Origin: the human T2T-CHM13v2.0 reference genome, Homo sapiens
Assembly: GCF_009914755.1 (NCBI RefSeq)
Contig: NC_060930.1
Direction: 5' to 3' (one strand)
Length of the DNA stretch: 64,000 nt
Of this stretch, positions 1-21,314 are shown piece by piece (position 1 is the first letter of the stretch; every line of letters begins with the position of its first letter). The notes under the pieces are model-generated. The model did not search any database. It was given only the letters and a program-made list of their open reading frames with translations, and was not told the DNA's origin. A program made the position numbers and the translations under genes.

Positions 1-839
1 AATTAATCACTGTTCCTCTAATCAACTAAGGAAAATGGTCTTTCCTTCAAAAACAGCTGTCAGCAATGACTATAAATTGGTTCATTTTATGCAGAAAGAT
101 GCCCTGTGATAGGCTGTCAGCCAAATGAATGCTGACTTCAATGTGACTTGAAACAGAATGTTGGAAGTGGCAATATATGAATGGAACAAAACAGGACAAT
201 GAAGCAGCATCTCCATAGTCACAGCGAGGCATCATGAAGGATATACAGGGAGTACATTTTGAGACTGACAAGCAAAAATCATAATCTTAACAATGTTGCC
301 TAATGTTTAGTGAGCACTTATTATGTCCTAGACTCTACACTAAATATGTCATTTGTCTTATTCCACCTACCATTAAAATATTTCCGAGCAGGAGTGTTTC
401 TATTGAGACCTGCCAGAACATTGTCAAAATCATAGGCCCAAAGAGCCTAGCTTGAAAGCATGCTGTACTCTAGCAGAGGGGCCTGGAAATGCACAAATCA
501 CAGAGACAAACACAAATCAGAGCGGCAGAAGCCACCTTGGTCTGAAGCTGGACTTAGGAGAAAAGGCTCTCCACTTGCTATAATAGGTCTTTAGACAATT
601 TCACACCCTCCAGGTCTCTGGCAGAGCTTAGAGGCTAAAATTTTGTTTAAAAACAAACAAAAGCAGTTTGCCTTAAGTGGGCAAATGGAAAGGGAGATTT
701 TTTACTTGCAAATAAGGAAATGATATTTAGTAATTTTCTAAGCATCTGTCTGTCCTATGTTTTGCTTTAGGGACCTATAACATTCCTCAGTGCTTGCCAA
801 TCTCTAGTTTGGAAGCCAAAAGACACTACCTCATAGGCA

Positions 840-853
840 GTGAGTCAGCAAAT
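840..853 (+). promoter_or_regulatory. Candidate NRF2/small-MAF ARE (contains AP-1 site)
   Basis: GTGAGTCAGCAAAT matches RTGASTCAGCA with an A/T-rich flank; motif only. Confidence 0.3.
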
Positions 854-1331
854 GAGAGTGGGTGGGAAGCCAAGGGAGTAAGAATAGGTGGAAAGGGCTG
901 GACAGACTCCAAATCCAAGCTCTGTCACTGACGAGCTTCAGGACTTCGGAAAAATTACACTAACTCCTTTAGCCTACCTCCTAATCTGTAAAACAGACAT
1001 AACGAATGCTACCTTGCAGAGTCGCTGTGTTCATGAGATAATGAACATACATTATTCATTGCCCATGGATGTGCCTGCTACATAGTCAAGATTAACTCAT
1101 GGTAACTATTATTTAAAAGGACCACTGGATCCAACTCCAAGATTTACTATAAAGCTATGGTAATGAAGGCAGTGTGGTATTGGTGAAAGAACAGAGAAAA
1201 AGATCAATGGAACAAAATAGAAAACCTGGAAATAGACTTACATAAATATAGTCAGCTGATCTTCAATAAAGGAACAAAGACATTTCAATGGAACAAAGGT
1301 CATCTTTTCAACTAATAGAGCTGGAACAACT

Positions 1332-2414
<1,083 letters not shown>

Positions 2415-2445
2415 AACCGGGTGTTCAAATGCATATATATCCCCA

Positions 2446-2449
<4 letters not shown>

Positions 2450-2504
<55 letters not shown>

Positions 2505-2527
2505 CTATATATATAACTTTATATATA
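2450..2527. repeat. (TA)n microsatellite
   Basis: Long tatata run with a degenerate end. Confidence 0.95.
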
Positions 2528-2664
2528 GTCTTTGCACCCTTCACAAAAACTAACTCCAAATAGATCAGAGACCTAATAGTAAAATGAAAAACTATAAAAC
2601 TCCTAAAAAGTAACATCAGAGAGAATACAGATTACCATGATTCCTTCAATGACTTCTTAGATAC

Positions 2665-2787
2665 AACACCAAAAGCACAATCCATGAAAGAAAACATTGA
2701 TAAGCTGTACTTCATTAAAATTAAAACACCAAAAGCACAAGCCATGAAAGAAAACATTGATAAGTTGTACTTCATTAAAATTAAAAC
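2665..2787 (+). repeat. 60-bp tandem duplication inside L1
   Basis: aacaccaaaagcacaa(t/g)ccatgaaagaaaacattgataag(c/t)tgtacttcattaaaattaa twice; 2 mismatches. Confidence 0.95.
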
Positions 2788-2835
2788 TTCAGTCTGTGAC
2801 AGCCAGTTAAGAAAATGCAAAAACCAGCAATAGAG

Positions 2836-3720
2836 TGTGCAGTCAATTCCTTTCATTTGATGTTACCTCAATTTCCGTTTTCATTCTCATACAAGAAGCA
2901 GGGCTCAACCACCTTTGATGTGGTTTCCAGTTCTCCACCTCCTCCCAGTTCCTCAAGGTGCTTGATCCAAATATCTGCCCCATACAACCACCTCCTGGTG
3001 ACCACCTCTCTATGGGACAGCTAGATACAACTTGCTTGAAGCACTCCACTGACCCCCACATTCTGCATGGACAACACAGATATTCCACAGTGACCACCTC
3101 TCAGTCACAGCAGAACTCAGAATTCATGCCTGCTTGCTGTGAAGCCACTAATTTGAACTCCCCACGAGAAACCTGCCCGTTTCACATCTTAGACTTGAAT
3201 AAAGCCTGGCCCGCCAGTCCCTCCCCACGCCTCTCTTGCTCGCCACATGCTGGTTGAGTGTGTGTGTCCAGGATGGCTTCCCCCTTTCCCTTGGCCCTGT
3301 GAGGCATGCTGCCCTGTTCTCTCTGGGACCTGTAAGTAATACACGGCTCCTGGTATTCCGTGTGTTTTATTGGGTTGCCTCCTCTGGGTCTCACCTGATT
3401 AACACGCCCAAACCTAACTTCTTTCCTAGTTAGGGCTCTCCTAGACAGTGGCTATGTTCATAGGAATAAACTAGACACAGTTCAGACCAGAGTCCCAAGG
3501 GAGTCTGCCAGTATAAACAGGTTTGTTGTGTGAGAAGGATACCTCCTCACAGATCAGACACTTTGGCATTAGGCCATCTGCCAGGATAAAGAAGTACCCC
3601 CCAAAAGGCACATTGCAAACATCCACAACCAAACCTGCTGGAGCTCCAGTAGGGTGAGGCTAGAGTTTATAGCCACTCTGCAGAGAGAGTCCTCAAGACC
3701 AAATTAGAAAAAAGTACATA
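2836..3720 (+). mobile_element. MER54-like ERVL LTR
   Basis: 3' part gtctgccagtataaacagg...ggctagagtttatagccactctgcagagagag...ctcaagaccaaattag resembles recalled MER54. Confidence 0.7.
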
Positions 3721-4342
3721 TTTTTTTCTGGAGAAAAATTTGCAAAACACGTATCTGATAAAGGACTGTTATCCAAAATATGCAAAACAAACATAAAAAT
3801 AATTAAGACTCAACAATAAGAAAACAATTAACCCAGTTATAAAATCGGGAACAAATCTGAACATATTTCTCACCAAAAAAGATATAGAGATGGAAAATAA
3901 TCATATGAAAAGATGCTCAGCATCATCTGTCATTAGCAACTGGAAACTAAAACAATGAGATACTGCTATGCACCTATTAGAATAGCTAAAATGCAAACTC
4001 TAACAACACCAAATGCTGGAGAGGATGTGACACAACAGGAACTTTCAATCATTGCTGGTGAGAATGCAAAACAGTACAATCACTTAGAAGGCCGTTTGGC
4101 AGGTTCCTATAAAACTAAACATTCATACAAGCAGCCATGTTCTTTGATACTTACTCAGTGAAGTTGAAAATTTAGGTCCACTTAAAAACCTGCACATGGA
4201 TGTTTATAGCAGCTTTATTTATAATTGCCAAAACTTGGAGGCAACCAAAACATTCTTTAGTAGGTGAGTTAATAAATAAACTGTGGTACTTCCAGACAAT
4301 GAAATATTATCCATTGCTAAAAGAAGTGAGCTGTCAAACCAT

Positions 4343-4856
4343 TATTGGGAACAGGCCCCCCAAAATCTGGCCATAAACTGGCCCCAAAACTTGCCATAAA
4401 GAAAATCTCTGCAGCACTGTGACATGTTCATGATGGTCATGACACCCACGCTGGAAGGTTGTGGGTTTACCAGAATGAGGGCAAGGAACACCTGGCCCAC
4501 CCAGGGCGGAAAACCGCTTAAAAGCATTCTTAAAACACCAACAATAGCATGAGTGATCTGTGCCTTAAGGACATGCTCCTGCTGCAGATAACTAGCCAAA
4601 CCTAACCCTTCATTTTGGCCCATCCCTTCATTTCCCATAAGGAATACTTTTAGTTAATCTATAATCTATACAAACAATGCTTACCACTGGCTTGCTGTCA
4701 GTAAATACGTGGGTAAATCTCTATTCAGAGCTCTCAGCTCTGAAGGCTGTGAGACCCCTGATTTCCCACTCCACACCTCAATATTTCTGTGTGTGTGTCT
4801 TTAATTCCTCTAGCACCACTGGGTTAGGGTCTCCCCAGACTGAGCTGGTCTTGGCA
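4343..4856 (+). mobile_element. MER9 (HERV-K HML-3) solo LTR
   Basis: tattgggaacaggccccccaaaatctggccataaactggccccaaaac...gagctggtcttggca; TSD ACCAT at 4338-4342 and 4857-4861. Confidence 0.9.
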
Positions 4857-5235
4857 ACCATGAAAAGACATGGTGGAAACTTAAATGCATATTAGAAGTG
4901 AGATAAGCAAATTTGAAAAGGCTATATCCTGTACAATTTCTGCTACAGGAGATTTCTGTGAGAGGCAAAACTATGGACACAGTAAAATAATCAGTGGTTG
5001 CCCAGGGTTAGAGGACAGGGAAGACACAGAGGATTTTTAGGTAAGTGAAACTAATCTGTATGATACCATAATGGTGGATACATCTGTGACATAAGAAAAA
5101 ATATATACAATCATACATCACTGAATGACAGGGATAGCTTCTAAGAAATGTGTTGTTAGGCAATTTCATTGTTCAAACATCATAGAATGTATACACACAA
5201 ACCTAGATGGTATAGCCCACTACACATCTAGGCTA

Positions 5236-6408
<1,173 letters not shown>

Positions 6409-6450
6409 GCTACATGGTAGAGCCTATTGCTCCTAGGCTACAAACCTGTA

Positions 6451-7211
6451 TGTTAGAGGTGGCGAATATCTGATTTACCGGTGGCAAATCCATATGGAGC
6501 AACCTCAATTCTTGCCTCCTCAGAAGAAAGAATTCAATTGAGGGGTATAAGGCAGAAAAAGAGACCGAGGCAAGTTTCAGAGCAGGAGTGGAAGTTTATT
6601 AAGAAGCTGTAGAGTAGCAAAGAAAGGAAAGTACCGTTGGAAGAGATCCAAGTGGACACTTTGAAGGTCAAGTGTGGCATTTGACTTTTTGACTCGGGGT
6701 TTTATATGTTGGCATATTTCCAGGGTCTTGCATCCCTTTTCCATGGTTCCTCCCTTAGGGTGGGCTGCCTGCACGTGTGGTGGCCTGTTAATACTTGGGA
6801 GGTGAGCATGCGCAGTGTGTTTACTGGAGTTGTATGCATGCTTGCCTGAGGCTTCCTTCCCTTCCCTGGCGGAATGTCCCAGGAAGGTCCTTCTTCGCCA
6901 TTTTGTTTCTTAATGTGCATGCCTGAGCCTACTCACCGAATTCCTGAGCTGCCAATTACCAATTTCAAGTATTTTTTATATATTGTGAAATTGCCTCTCC
7001 CTGGGCCTGTGACCAATTATCGCTCTAGTGTGACAGTTGTGGGCCATCAGGAAATTGCCTCTCCCTGGCTCCAGCTGCCAATTATTATTTTTAGAGAGGC
7101 ACTGTGACAACTGCCTGACTATCACCTGATGATCACTTGACATTCCTGGTAGGTGGGGGGAGGGAGCCCTCTCCTGCCCCACTCATGCCTGGCTAGCTAC
7201 CTACTATCACA
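6451..7211 (-). mobile_element. MER50-type ERV1 solo LTR
   Basis: cctcctcagaagaaagaattc...gagaccgaggcaagtttcagagcaggagtggaagtttatt; TG...CA; flanks TGTA/TGTG; homologous to 52757-53581 and 56705-57733. Confidence 0.8.
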
Positions 7212-7376
7212 TGTGCAGCATGTTACTGTGCTGAATACTATAGTCAATTATAACACAATGGCGAGTATTTGCATATCCAAACATAGAAAAGGTAATGGGT
7301 TGGTCTTGGATGTTTCAACACCTACAACATCACTAGATGACAGAAAACTTTCAGCTCCATTACAATCTTATGGTAT

Positions 7377-7681
7377 TGTTGCAGGACTTTTTCTTAGTTC
7401 AGCTAAAGACAGGGTTCTTTGTCCCATGGCCATAAAAATTCAGGCTTGCAAACAATTTGAATGGTGAGTAAGACAGGGTTTTATTGGATGAAAAGGAAGG
7501 AAAGGGGGAAACAGGGACTCTCGCTAGGCCAGAATCCCTGCTAGTGCACTTCCCGCATGCAGCTTGAATCCCTGAATCCCAGGTTCCACACAGGAAGAGG
7601 AGGGGCCAGGCTCCTCCCCGCTGCAAAGTGGGCAGGCTGATTGGAGTTTCTCCCGGGACCCCCTCCCACCTGGCTGTCTCA
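7377..7681 (-). mobile_element. MER61-type ERV1 LTR
   Basis: tgttgcaggactttttcttagttcagctaaagacaggg...ccctcccacctggctgtctca. Confidence 0.8.
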
Positions 7682-7713
7682 GGATCACTATGGTATATGT
7701 GGTCCGTCATTGA

Positions 7714-8014
<301 letters not shown>

Positions 8015-9009
8015 TTGACCTAAACATCCTCTGCACTGAACGACTATATTTACTCTCTGCCCCCATTTCCTGGCACACAACTCCTAAACCCTTGGAATCC
8101 CAGAGTGATCAAGGTCTTTTGTATACTAATGAAGTGACTGGTGGCTGGGGGCTCCTGGATAGCCTCAGGATGGGGGCAGGTCTCCAGGGGAACCAGCCAG
8201 GCGATGAGAGGTTTGTAATTTTTAGCCCACTGACCAGTCCTGGGGGTAGAGAGGGGCTGAGAGTTGAGTCCATCGCCAACGGCCAATGACTTGATCATGT
8301 GTGTGTGTGTGTGGATGCCTTCATCAAAAATCAAAAGGACGGGGTTCTGAGAGCTTTCAGTGGGTGAACATGTGGAGGGGGCTCACCTGAAGAAGGTGTG
8401 GAAGCTCCTTGACCCTTTCCCCATGTGCTGCTGTGTGCATCTCCATCTGGCTGTTGTATCCTTTTATAGTAAACAGGTACTCTAGTAGTTCTGTGAGCTG
8501 CTCTAGCAAATTTTCAAACTTGAGGAGGGGATAGAGGCCGTTTCTGATTTACAGGCAGAAGCTTGGAAGCACAGGTGACAGTCTGGACTTGCCTCTGGCA
8601 ACTGAAGTAGGGGAGCATTCCTGTGGGACTGAGCACTTAACCTGTGGGGTCCGCACCAACTCTAAGTAGACAGTATCTGAAGTCAATTGAGTTGTAGGAC
8701 ATTCCAAAAAACCCACACATTTGATGGCCAGAAGTATTCTGTGAGTGTAGATAGAAAAATACAATTTTTCCTTACAATGTGTCATTATAAATTTGTCCAA
8801 ACCCATAGAAAGTACCACATACAGCGTGAACCCTAACATGAACTATGGACTTGGGGGGACGATGATGATGATGATGTGGTAATGGAGGGCCATCAGTTGT
8901 AGCAAACGCATCACATAGTGCAAAGCGTTGATGGTGGGGGAGGGTGTGCCTGTGTGGAGGCTGTAGGTGTACGGCCTGTCTCCATTGCCTCCTCTCCATC
9001 TTGCTGTGA

Positions 9010-9329
<320 letters not shown>

Positions 9330-9379
9330 CCGAAAACTTTTCTAAAAAATAAAGAAGAAAAAAGAAAAAGAGAATCAGC

Positions 9380-10930
<1,551 letters not shown>

Positions 10931-10963
10931 AAGGAAATTTTAAATTGCATCAAAAATATAAAA

Positions 10964-13023
<2,060 letters not shown>

Positions 13024-14585
13024 TGAGGCTGGAGAAGCAGATGGGGCTGCTCTGGGTGACAGGCTGGCTCTTGTCCCAGAAGCTGTGGACTGCCACTGGA
13101 GTGTTTCAAGCAAGGGAGTGGCTTGATCTGTGTTGTAGGAACAGCACCTTTTCTCAACTTAAAAGTGTGGCTTGAAGAGAGGAAGACGGGAGACTGATTA
13201 GGAGATGGATGTATCCAGGCGAGGATGAGGGTGGGTGAATGGAGCCAGGGGTAGAGGTCCTCAGGGGAGCTGACCTGAGACCCCTGTGAGTCTCGGGTCC
13301 TGGCAATGGGGCGGCGGTGAGTGGTGAGGGGGAGGCATTGAGGACAGCGCCCGGGGTCCCCGGCTGGGGCACATACGTGTAGGGCAGTGGTCAAGGGCCC
13401 TAGCCTTGCAGTCAGACACCCCTGGCGGGCTGTGTGGCTTAGACATGCTCCTCCACTTCCCTAAGCCTAGTTGTTTCATGTCTAGCATAAAGATTCCGTG
13501 TGGCAGGAAGAACACACCCCCGGGAGTGATTCTGAGATTGAAATGAGTGCTGGTGCTTTTCACCTAAACAAGGAAAACAGGGAGAGAAGCAGTATGTGGG
13601 GTGGGAGGGAGAAGGAGAGGAGTCTGTCTGGGCGTGGGGAGTTGGACGTGCCTCTGGACACCCATGGACAAATATCCTGAGGCCATCTGATGTTTTCCGG
13701 GGGCCACGGGAGTCGGGGAGGGGAAGGTGGGGTGGAGACACAGACTTGGGCATTACCAGCAGGCAGGGGGCTGCTACCGCCATGAAGAGTGGGCAGTGCC
13801 AGGATCAGAGGGCCGGGGTAAAGCCTGCATTGTTCCCACATTTCAGAAGAGGCTGGGAAGGAGGTCAAGCAAGAGCAGCAGGAGGAGGAGAAAGCAGGAG
13901 GATGTGGAGGGACGGCAGGCGGGGAGGAGGAATTCCAGGAGGGAGTGGCTGGGGTGACTGTTCTGAAAGCATGGACTGGAAGCCACAGCACATTTGGGCT
14001 GCAAGGAACCCGAGAGATCTTCTAGTCTAATCCTCTTTTAGTCTCCATCCCCGTCCGGATGAAGACATCGAGATTCAAAAGCAAAGTCAGTTGTACTGTG
14101 ACTTCATAGCAGGATACCCTAACTCCTAATTCATAATAAAACTACAGACATTCTCAATTCAAACTTCTTCCTATTCAGTCATACTGGACTTTCTCCTAGT
14201 TTGACAGAATGGTTGAGATGTTATTGACTTTTTGGAACTGCTAACCTTCCACAGTGTAGTCAAGCTGTGCTTCTTAAATATATTTTTATTCCACATTTAA
14301 CAAATTTTGCTCTAAATAATAACTCCAAAAACAAAAGAAGTCAAAACTCACTAAAGTATACTTTTAATTTTAATATATATAAAGTACACTTCAATAGAAC
14401 TGAGTTTTAAAAACAGTTTAGCTACTTACACTAAGAAGTAATTATTTACAAATTATTTTGTATACGAAGACCAGAGGAATAAAAATATTTCAGTGTTTGA
14501 ATTTGATCCTTCTTACAGCATTGAGGGAAATACTTATTCCTTACTCCATCCTGTTTTCCCTCACTATAAAACCAGAAAAGTATCA

Positions 14586-14972
<387 letters not shown>

Positions 14973-15004
14973 TTACTACATTTATAAACATAAAGTTGCA
15001 TTTT

Positions 15005-15319
15005 TGTGTGTTTTTTGTTGTTGTGTTTGTTTTTTTGAGACACAGTTTCACTCTGTCGACCAGGCTGGAGTGCAGTGGTGCAAATCTTGGCTCACTGCAA
15101 ACTCTGCCTCCCTGGTTCAAGAGATTCTCATGCCTCAGCCTCCCAAGTAGCTGGGAACGACAGTGCGTGCCACCATGCCCGGCTAATTTTTGTATTATTA
15201 GTAGGAATGGGGTTTCACCACGTTGACCAGGCTGGTCTCGAATTACCTGACCTCAAGTGATTCGCCCACCTCGGCCTTCCAAAGTGCTGGGATTACAGGC
15301 ATGAGCCACCACACCTGGC
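15005..15319 (-). mobile_element. Alu
   Basis: Full dimer; TSD taaagttgcattttt. Confidence 0.95.
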
Positions 15320-15756
15320 TAAAGTTGCATTTTTACAGCCAAGTTGGAATTACAAATTATAGCCCATTTAAAAATGTATGCAAATATATGCATATATATA
15401 CAACAACGGGAAAAGAAAGCCACAATTGTGAAAGAGCAAAATGGGAAAATGTCTTTCACATAAGATTGAGTATTTCAGCTGATCAATACATAATAAAAAA
15501 GTTTTGTGGCTGATTATTTTTTTTTCACTTAGTTAACGTCATTTACACTCTGCCCACGTCAGATAAAATTGTACATGATGTAAATAGCAGAAAATTATAA
15601 TAGCTGCTGGCTATTTTTCCCAGTTAATAAAAAGAACCAAATGAAAAAGTTGTCTGAAAATGAGCCATTTCCTTTATTCAAAAGTTACTTTTGCTTCAGG
15701 GATCCAGGAAATTTGATTATAGAGCTTTGCACTTCTAGAAGAAACACTGTTATAAA

Positions 15757-15953
15757 TCAAGGTGTCTCAACCTCAGCACTATTGAGGTTTGGGGCACCTG
15801 GATAACTCTGTTGTGGGGGCTGTCCTGTGGGCTGTGGGAGGTTTAGCAGCCTCCCTAGCCTCCACCCACTAGACACCAGTAGCACTCCCTCCAAATTTGT
15901 GACAACCAAATGTCCCTGGGGGCAACATCACTCCCAGTTGAGAAACACTCCTA
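15757..15953. mobile_element. MER20 hAT MITE
   Basis: tctcaacctcagcactattg...ggataactctgttgtgggggctgtcctgtg...cccagttgagaaacact. Confidence 0.85.
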
Positions 15954-17393
15954 TAAATAGCATGCCCATGCTCAGGTGGGTGCAGTTTTACATGTGCTGG
16001 GGACAGGCCCATCTGTGCCAGAGCCTGATTGGCACAATTAAAGCCCCGATTAGGAGTGGTCGAATATAAACGTTCTCAACAATCCAAAGTTTTGCCCAGA
16101 TGGGCAATAAGTTCTGCTGCAAATAGGTTTTAAATTATATGCCTTAATTTGGGTGTAAGTGGTTAATAGAATGTAAGGCTGTTTGCCAATTAAAATATCT
16201 GTGGCTAAGGCTGGAGCTCTAACATCAGCCTACATGCAGATCCTCTAATTTAGCCAATTATCATGGGCTGTGTTGTTGGTGACAGGCAAGCAAGTGAAGT
16301 CTATAGGTTGTAGGGCTTGTATTAGCCAAATCTGATGGCATGTGACAAATCTCAGCATTTGTCATGGCTAGTTGAAACAATGACTTCCTTGGTGAGTTTG
16401 GGCCTCTGGATTACAAACCAATGCAAGCACCTAGACTAACAGTAATGGAACCAACAGGCCATAGTGCCTGCAGTGTGCCCATGCACTGAGCATATTTTTT
16501 ATTTACTTTTTTGGGTGGTGGTAGAAGTTTTAGTTTCAAATGGGTCCCCTATCAGATGACCAACTGCCTGGCCCCAGGGACACTATGGCTAAGGGGTCCC
16601 AGGGGAGTATGTGCCCTTGGCCTGGCCTCCATCCTTATGGGATGGAGGGTAAGAATGAAAATTTATGATGATGAGGGAAATCATAATTAAAGAGTCTCAT
16701 ATATAATGAGTCCTTACATGAAGAAGAGACATATTCCCTTTTCTATGTAAGAAAGGAAGATGGGAACATTTTTTCTTTAACTTGGTGTAAGGTGTGAGTT
16801 GGCTGAGTGGCTTGAATTAAGAGAAATTAAAGTCTGAGGCAAGACCGAGACCCACTTTCCAGACTGAAACTTGAAGAGGACTCATTTGAGGAGAATGTTG
16901 CATCTCTCAGTCAAAGCAGCTAATCTGGGACTTATCAGGGATATGACATTTCTATGGAATGCCTTTTTCAAGAGCCCAGTATACTTTGAGAAGTGTAGTG
17001 CATGCCTTGGTTACTAACAGTAGTGTCTGTAACTCAGAAGGAGATCAGGAGTGTCCTGGCAGGACCTTGCACTGTGACCTTAGTACATGCAGAAAAGTAT
17101 GGTTTTGATTTACATTTTGGGAATACGTCAGGCAAGAGATTCCAAGAGTTTTTTACCCTGAAAGGGACAACTCCTAGGCAATGGCCCAAGAATTTGCAAT
17201 GTCTGTGGAGATGGGGCCATTTTTTGGCCAGGGCACCCAGTGCTGACTGCCTGAGCTGTCTCATCCATTATCGGGGACATCCTGGATAAGGGATGGAAAG
17301 CAGCTACATTCCATGGAGCACCATCATTTTTATGATGGAGGGTCACAAGTTCAAGGTCTATGAGAGCCTCTCTCTGTTTCCAAGACAGTCCAA

Positions 17394-17663
<270 letters not shown>

Positions 17664-18378
17664 GGCGTCTAGCATTAGCTGTGCATTTGTTTTAATGGAG
17701 TATAACACAAGGCTGAAAGGGGCAGTTTCCTGCATCAGAAGCCTCTGGGCAACTTATGGCTATTGTAGGTGGTCCAGAGACTACAGGAGATGGCTGAGAA
17801 GAGGTTGCCAAAGCCTTTGCAGTGAAAGAATCTTGGAGGCACTACTAGGACTGCCTGTTGATTTTAATTTTCACAGATCTTAGAGGCTTCTTTTGGTGAA
17901 AGCTCCATTTAGGGTGGACTGCTTGGTAAGTAGCAGCAGCAGTGAGATTAAGGAAAATGTGTAAATATGAAATATGTTGCTACCAGAACCCCAAAAGGAC
18001 TAGGTGTTGGTCTTGTATGCCCTTAATGAGTGTGTCAAATGAATAGCCTGGGGAGAGGAAGGCATTAATGTAATGTCATACCTGTGCTCCTGGGTGAAAA
18101 TAGATGTATTTGAGATCCTGTCTGCCAAGACTGTGCATGGTGGCAAAGCTGTGTACCCTGTGGTGTACCGTGTCCTTTCAGAGGTGAATGTAGACTGTGG
18201 CTGAGAGGCCGTGAAAAGAGGCAGTATGCAGAACATATTAGCCAAATCTATAATATCAAAATATTTCCTGGTTGTTGATTGGATGAGGTCAGTTATTTTA
18301 ATAAAACTGAGTAATGTGTATGAAGGCTAATGGATGGGACCTCAGGGTTAAGGTTGGAGTCATCACCATGAGGTGTTA

Positions 18379-18710
<332 letters not shown>

Positions 18711-19068
18711 GAACTGGCAAAGTTAAGAACAGGGCTGTCAAATGGAGAAGCACTGGGGAATAATCATCTCTTTATTAATTAGATTTTATATAATAAATTT
18801 TAATCCTTGAAGGCCCTGTTTTTTTACATTGGGCCATATTAACTATTTTCCCTGAGAACCTGTAGGCTGTATTTTATCAAGCCAATTTGTAAGTGCCAAA
18901 GACTTATTTTAATTTATTATTCATTGTGTTGGAGGAACTATGTGCAATCTGAGATATTTTAGGGCAATGGCTACTTTGACTATGGGAAATTTAGGCAAGG
19001 CTACAGTTAAAGTGAGGCATACCTAATTTTCCTCTATTTTATATTCAGTGACTTTTCTAAGATTATAG

Positions 19069-19391
<323 letters not shown>

Positions 19392-19569
19392 ACCATGATT
19401 AAATTTAATAGGATTCCAAGATATAACCATAATTCAATCCACAGTTTTGATGAATGCCAAGTTTTGTCAATTGGCTTGTGTTACCCAATGTTCAAGTTAA
19501 TTTAGAACCTATGTTGTAGAGGCACAGACGCCAGTTAGTGCCACCTTTTTGTTGTTATATAAAATAAAT

Positions 19570-19793
19570 TGCAGCCTCCACCTCCCAAGTTCAAGCAATT
19601 TTCCTGCCTGAGTCCTCCGAGTAGCTGGGACTACAGGTGTGTGCCACCACGCCTGGCTAATTTTTGTATTTTTAGTAGAGATGGAGTTTTACCATGTTGG
19701 CCAGACTAGTCTTGAACTCCTGACCTCAAGTGATCCACCCTCCTTGGCCTCCCAAAGTGCTGGGATTACAGGCGTGAGCCATCACACCCGGCC
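19570..19793 (-). mobile_element. Alu lacking its 3' end and tail
   Basis: Starts at tgcagcctccacctcccaagttc; no poly(T), no TSD. Confidence 0.9.
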
Positions 19794-19842
19794 TAGTTGT
19801 TTTATCTGTAGTATAAAGATTCCATGTGACAGGAAGAACACA

Positions 19843-20152
<310 letters not shown>

Positions 20153-20263
20153 TAAATTTTGGATTTTCCACATATATATACACACAAGCATGTGTACCTG
20201 TGCGCACACACACATAGTAATTTATTAGGGCTTAGGAAGGGCAGGGATAAAGTGTTCTCTCTC

Positions 20264-20348
20264 TTTTTTTTTAGATGGGATCTCATTGTGTTGCCCAGGT
20301 TGGACTCCAACTCCTGGCCTCGAGCAATCCACCTGCCTCAGCCTGGGA
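20264..20348 (-). mobile_element. Alu monomer fragment
   Basis: ttttagatgggatctcattgtgttgcccagg...cctgcctcagcc. Confidence 0.8.
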
Positions 20349-20899
20349 GCTGAAGCTCCCTTTTAAAAATTAAACATTGTGCCACTGGTCTCCCAGAGTG
20401 TGATCTCTTGTACCCCCGGTTGAGGGGTGAATTGGTGCAGCATCAAGGCAAGCGACAATACAGGAGACTATGGCTAGAACAACATCTTTTGTGGGGTGCT
20501 ATGGGCCAGGAGGTGGATGCCCCCACACTGTCTCCACGTGTGGCTCACTCGTGAGGAGCTCTGAAGCGCATCCTCCCTGAAGTCCACAGAGCGGGAGGGA
20601 AGGTCCAGGAAAAGAGCTGCTCGGTGTCCCCACCTCTTGTCAGTGCTGCCTGGTTGCCTGGTCAGTCCTGTCCCAGGCACTCGGAGGGAAGTCACACCTC
20701 GCTCCCTTCAGAGGCGCCTTTCGTGAACTCAGCCAGTCAGTGCCAAAAAGGGGTGCCCCCGGGGTCACTGTCCTGAAACTTAGGCAAGTCACTCAGCTCA
20801 GGCCAGAACTCAGGGAGGACTCAAGTTTTGAGCTCTGAATTGGGGGTACAAGGAACAGCAGGAAGCACATGCGGCAGGTGGTTGCACCTTCCCAGGCCG

Positions 20900-20918
20900 T
20901 CGCTGCCCTCTGGTGGCC
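20900..20918 (-). promoter_or_regulatory. Candidate CTCF site
   Basis: Minus strand GGCCACCAGAGGGCAGCGA fits the CCASYAGRKGGCRS core; a second weaker site lies at 20934-20950. Confidence 0.5.
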
Positions 20919-21012
20919 CCAGTGGACAGATCCGGAGCCGTCTAGTGGCATATCATTCCAGTTCAAGCCCACATAGCCCATTCACTCTGTACATTGTTTT
21001 ATTTCTTTCCCG

Positions 21013-21314
21013 TTTTTTTTTTTTTTTTTTTTTTTTTTGAGACAGAGTCTTGCTCCGTTGCCCAGGCTGAAGTGCAATGGCTCAATCTCAGCTCACTGAG
21101 GCCTCCGCCTCCTGGGTTCCAGCGATTCTCCTGCCTCAGCCTCCGGGGCAGCTGGGATTACAGGCTCCTGCCACCACACCCAGCTAATGTTTGTGTTTTT
21201 AGTAGAGACGGGGTTTCGCCATGTTGGCCAGGCTGGCCTCGAACTCCTGACCTCAGGTGATCCACTGGCCTCAGCCTCCCAAAGCATTACAGGCATGAGC
21301 CATCGCGCCTGGCC
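21013..21314 (-). mobile_element. Alu
   Basis: Full dimer with long poly(T). Confidence 0.95.
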
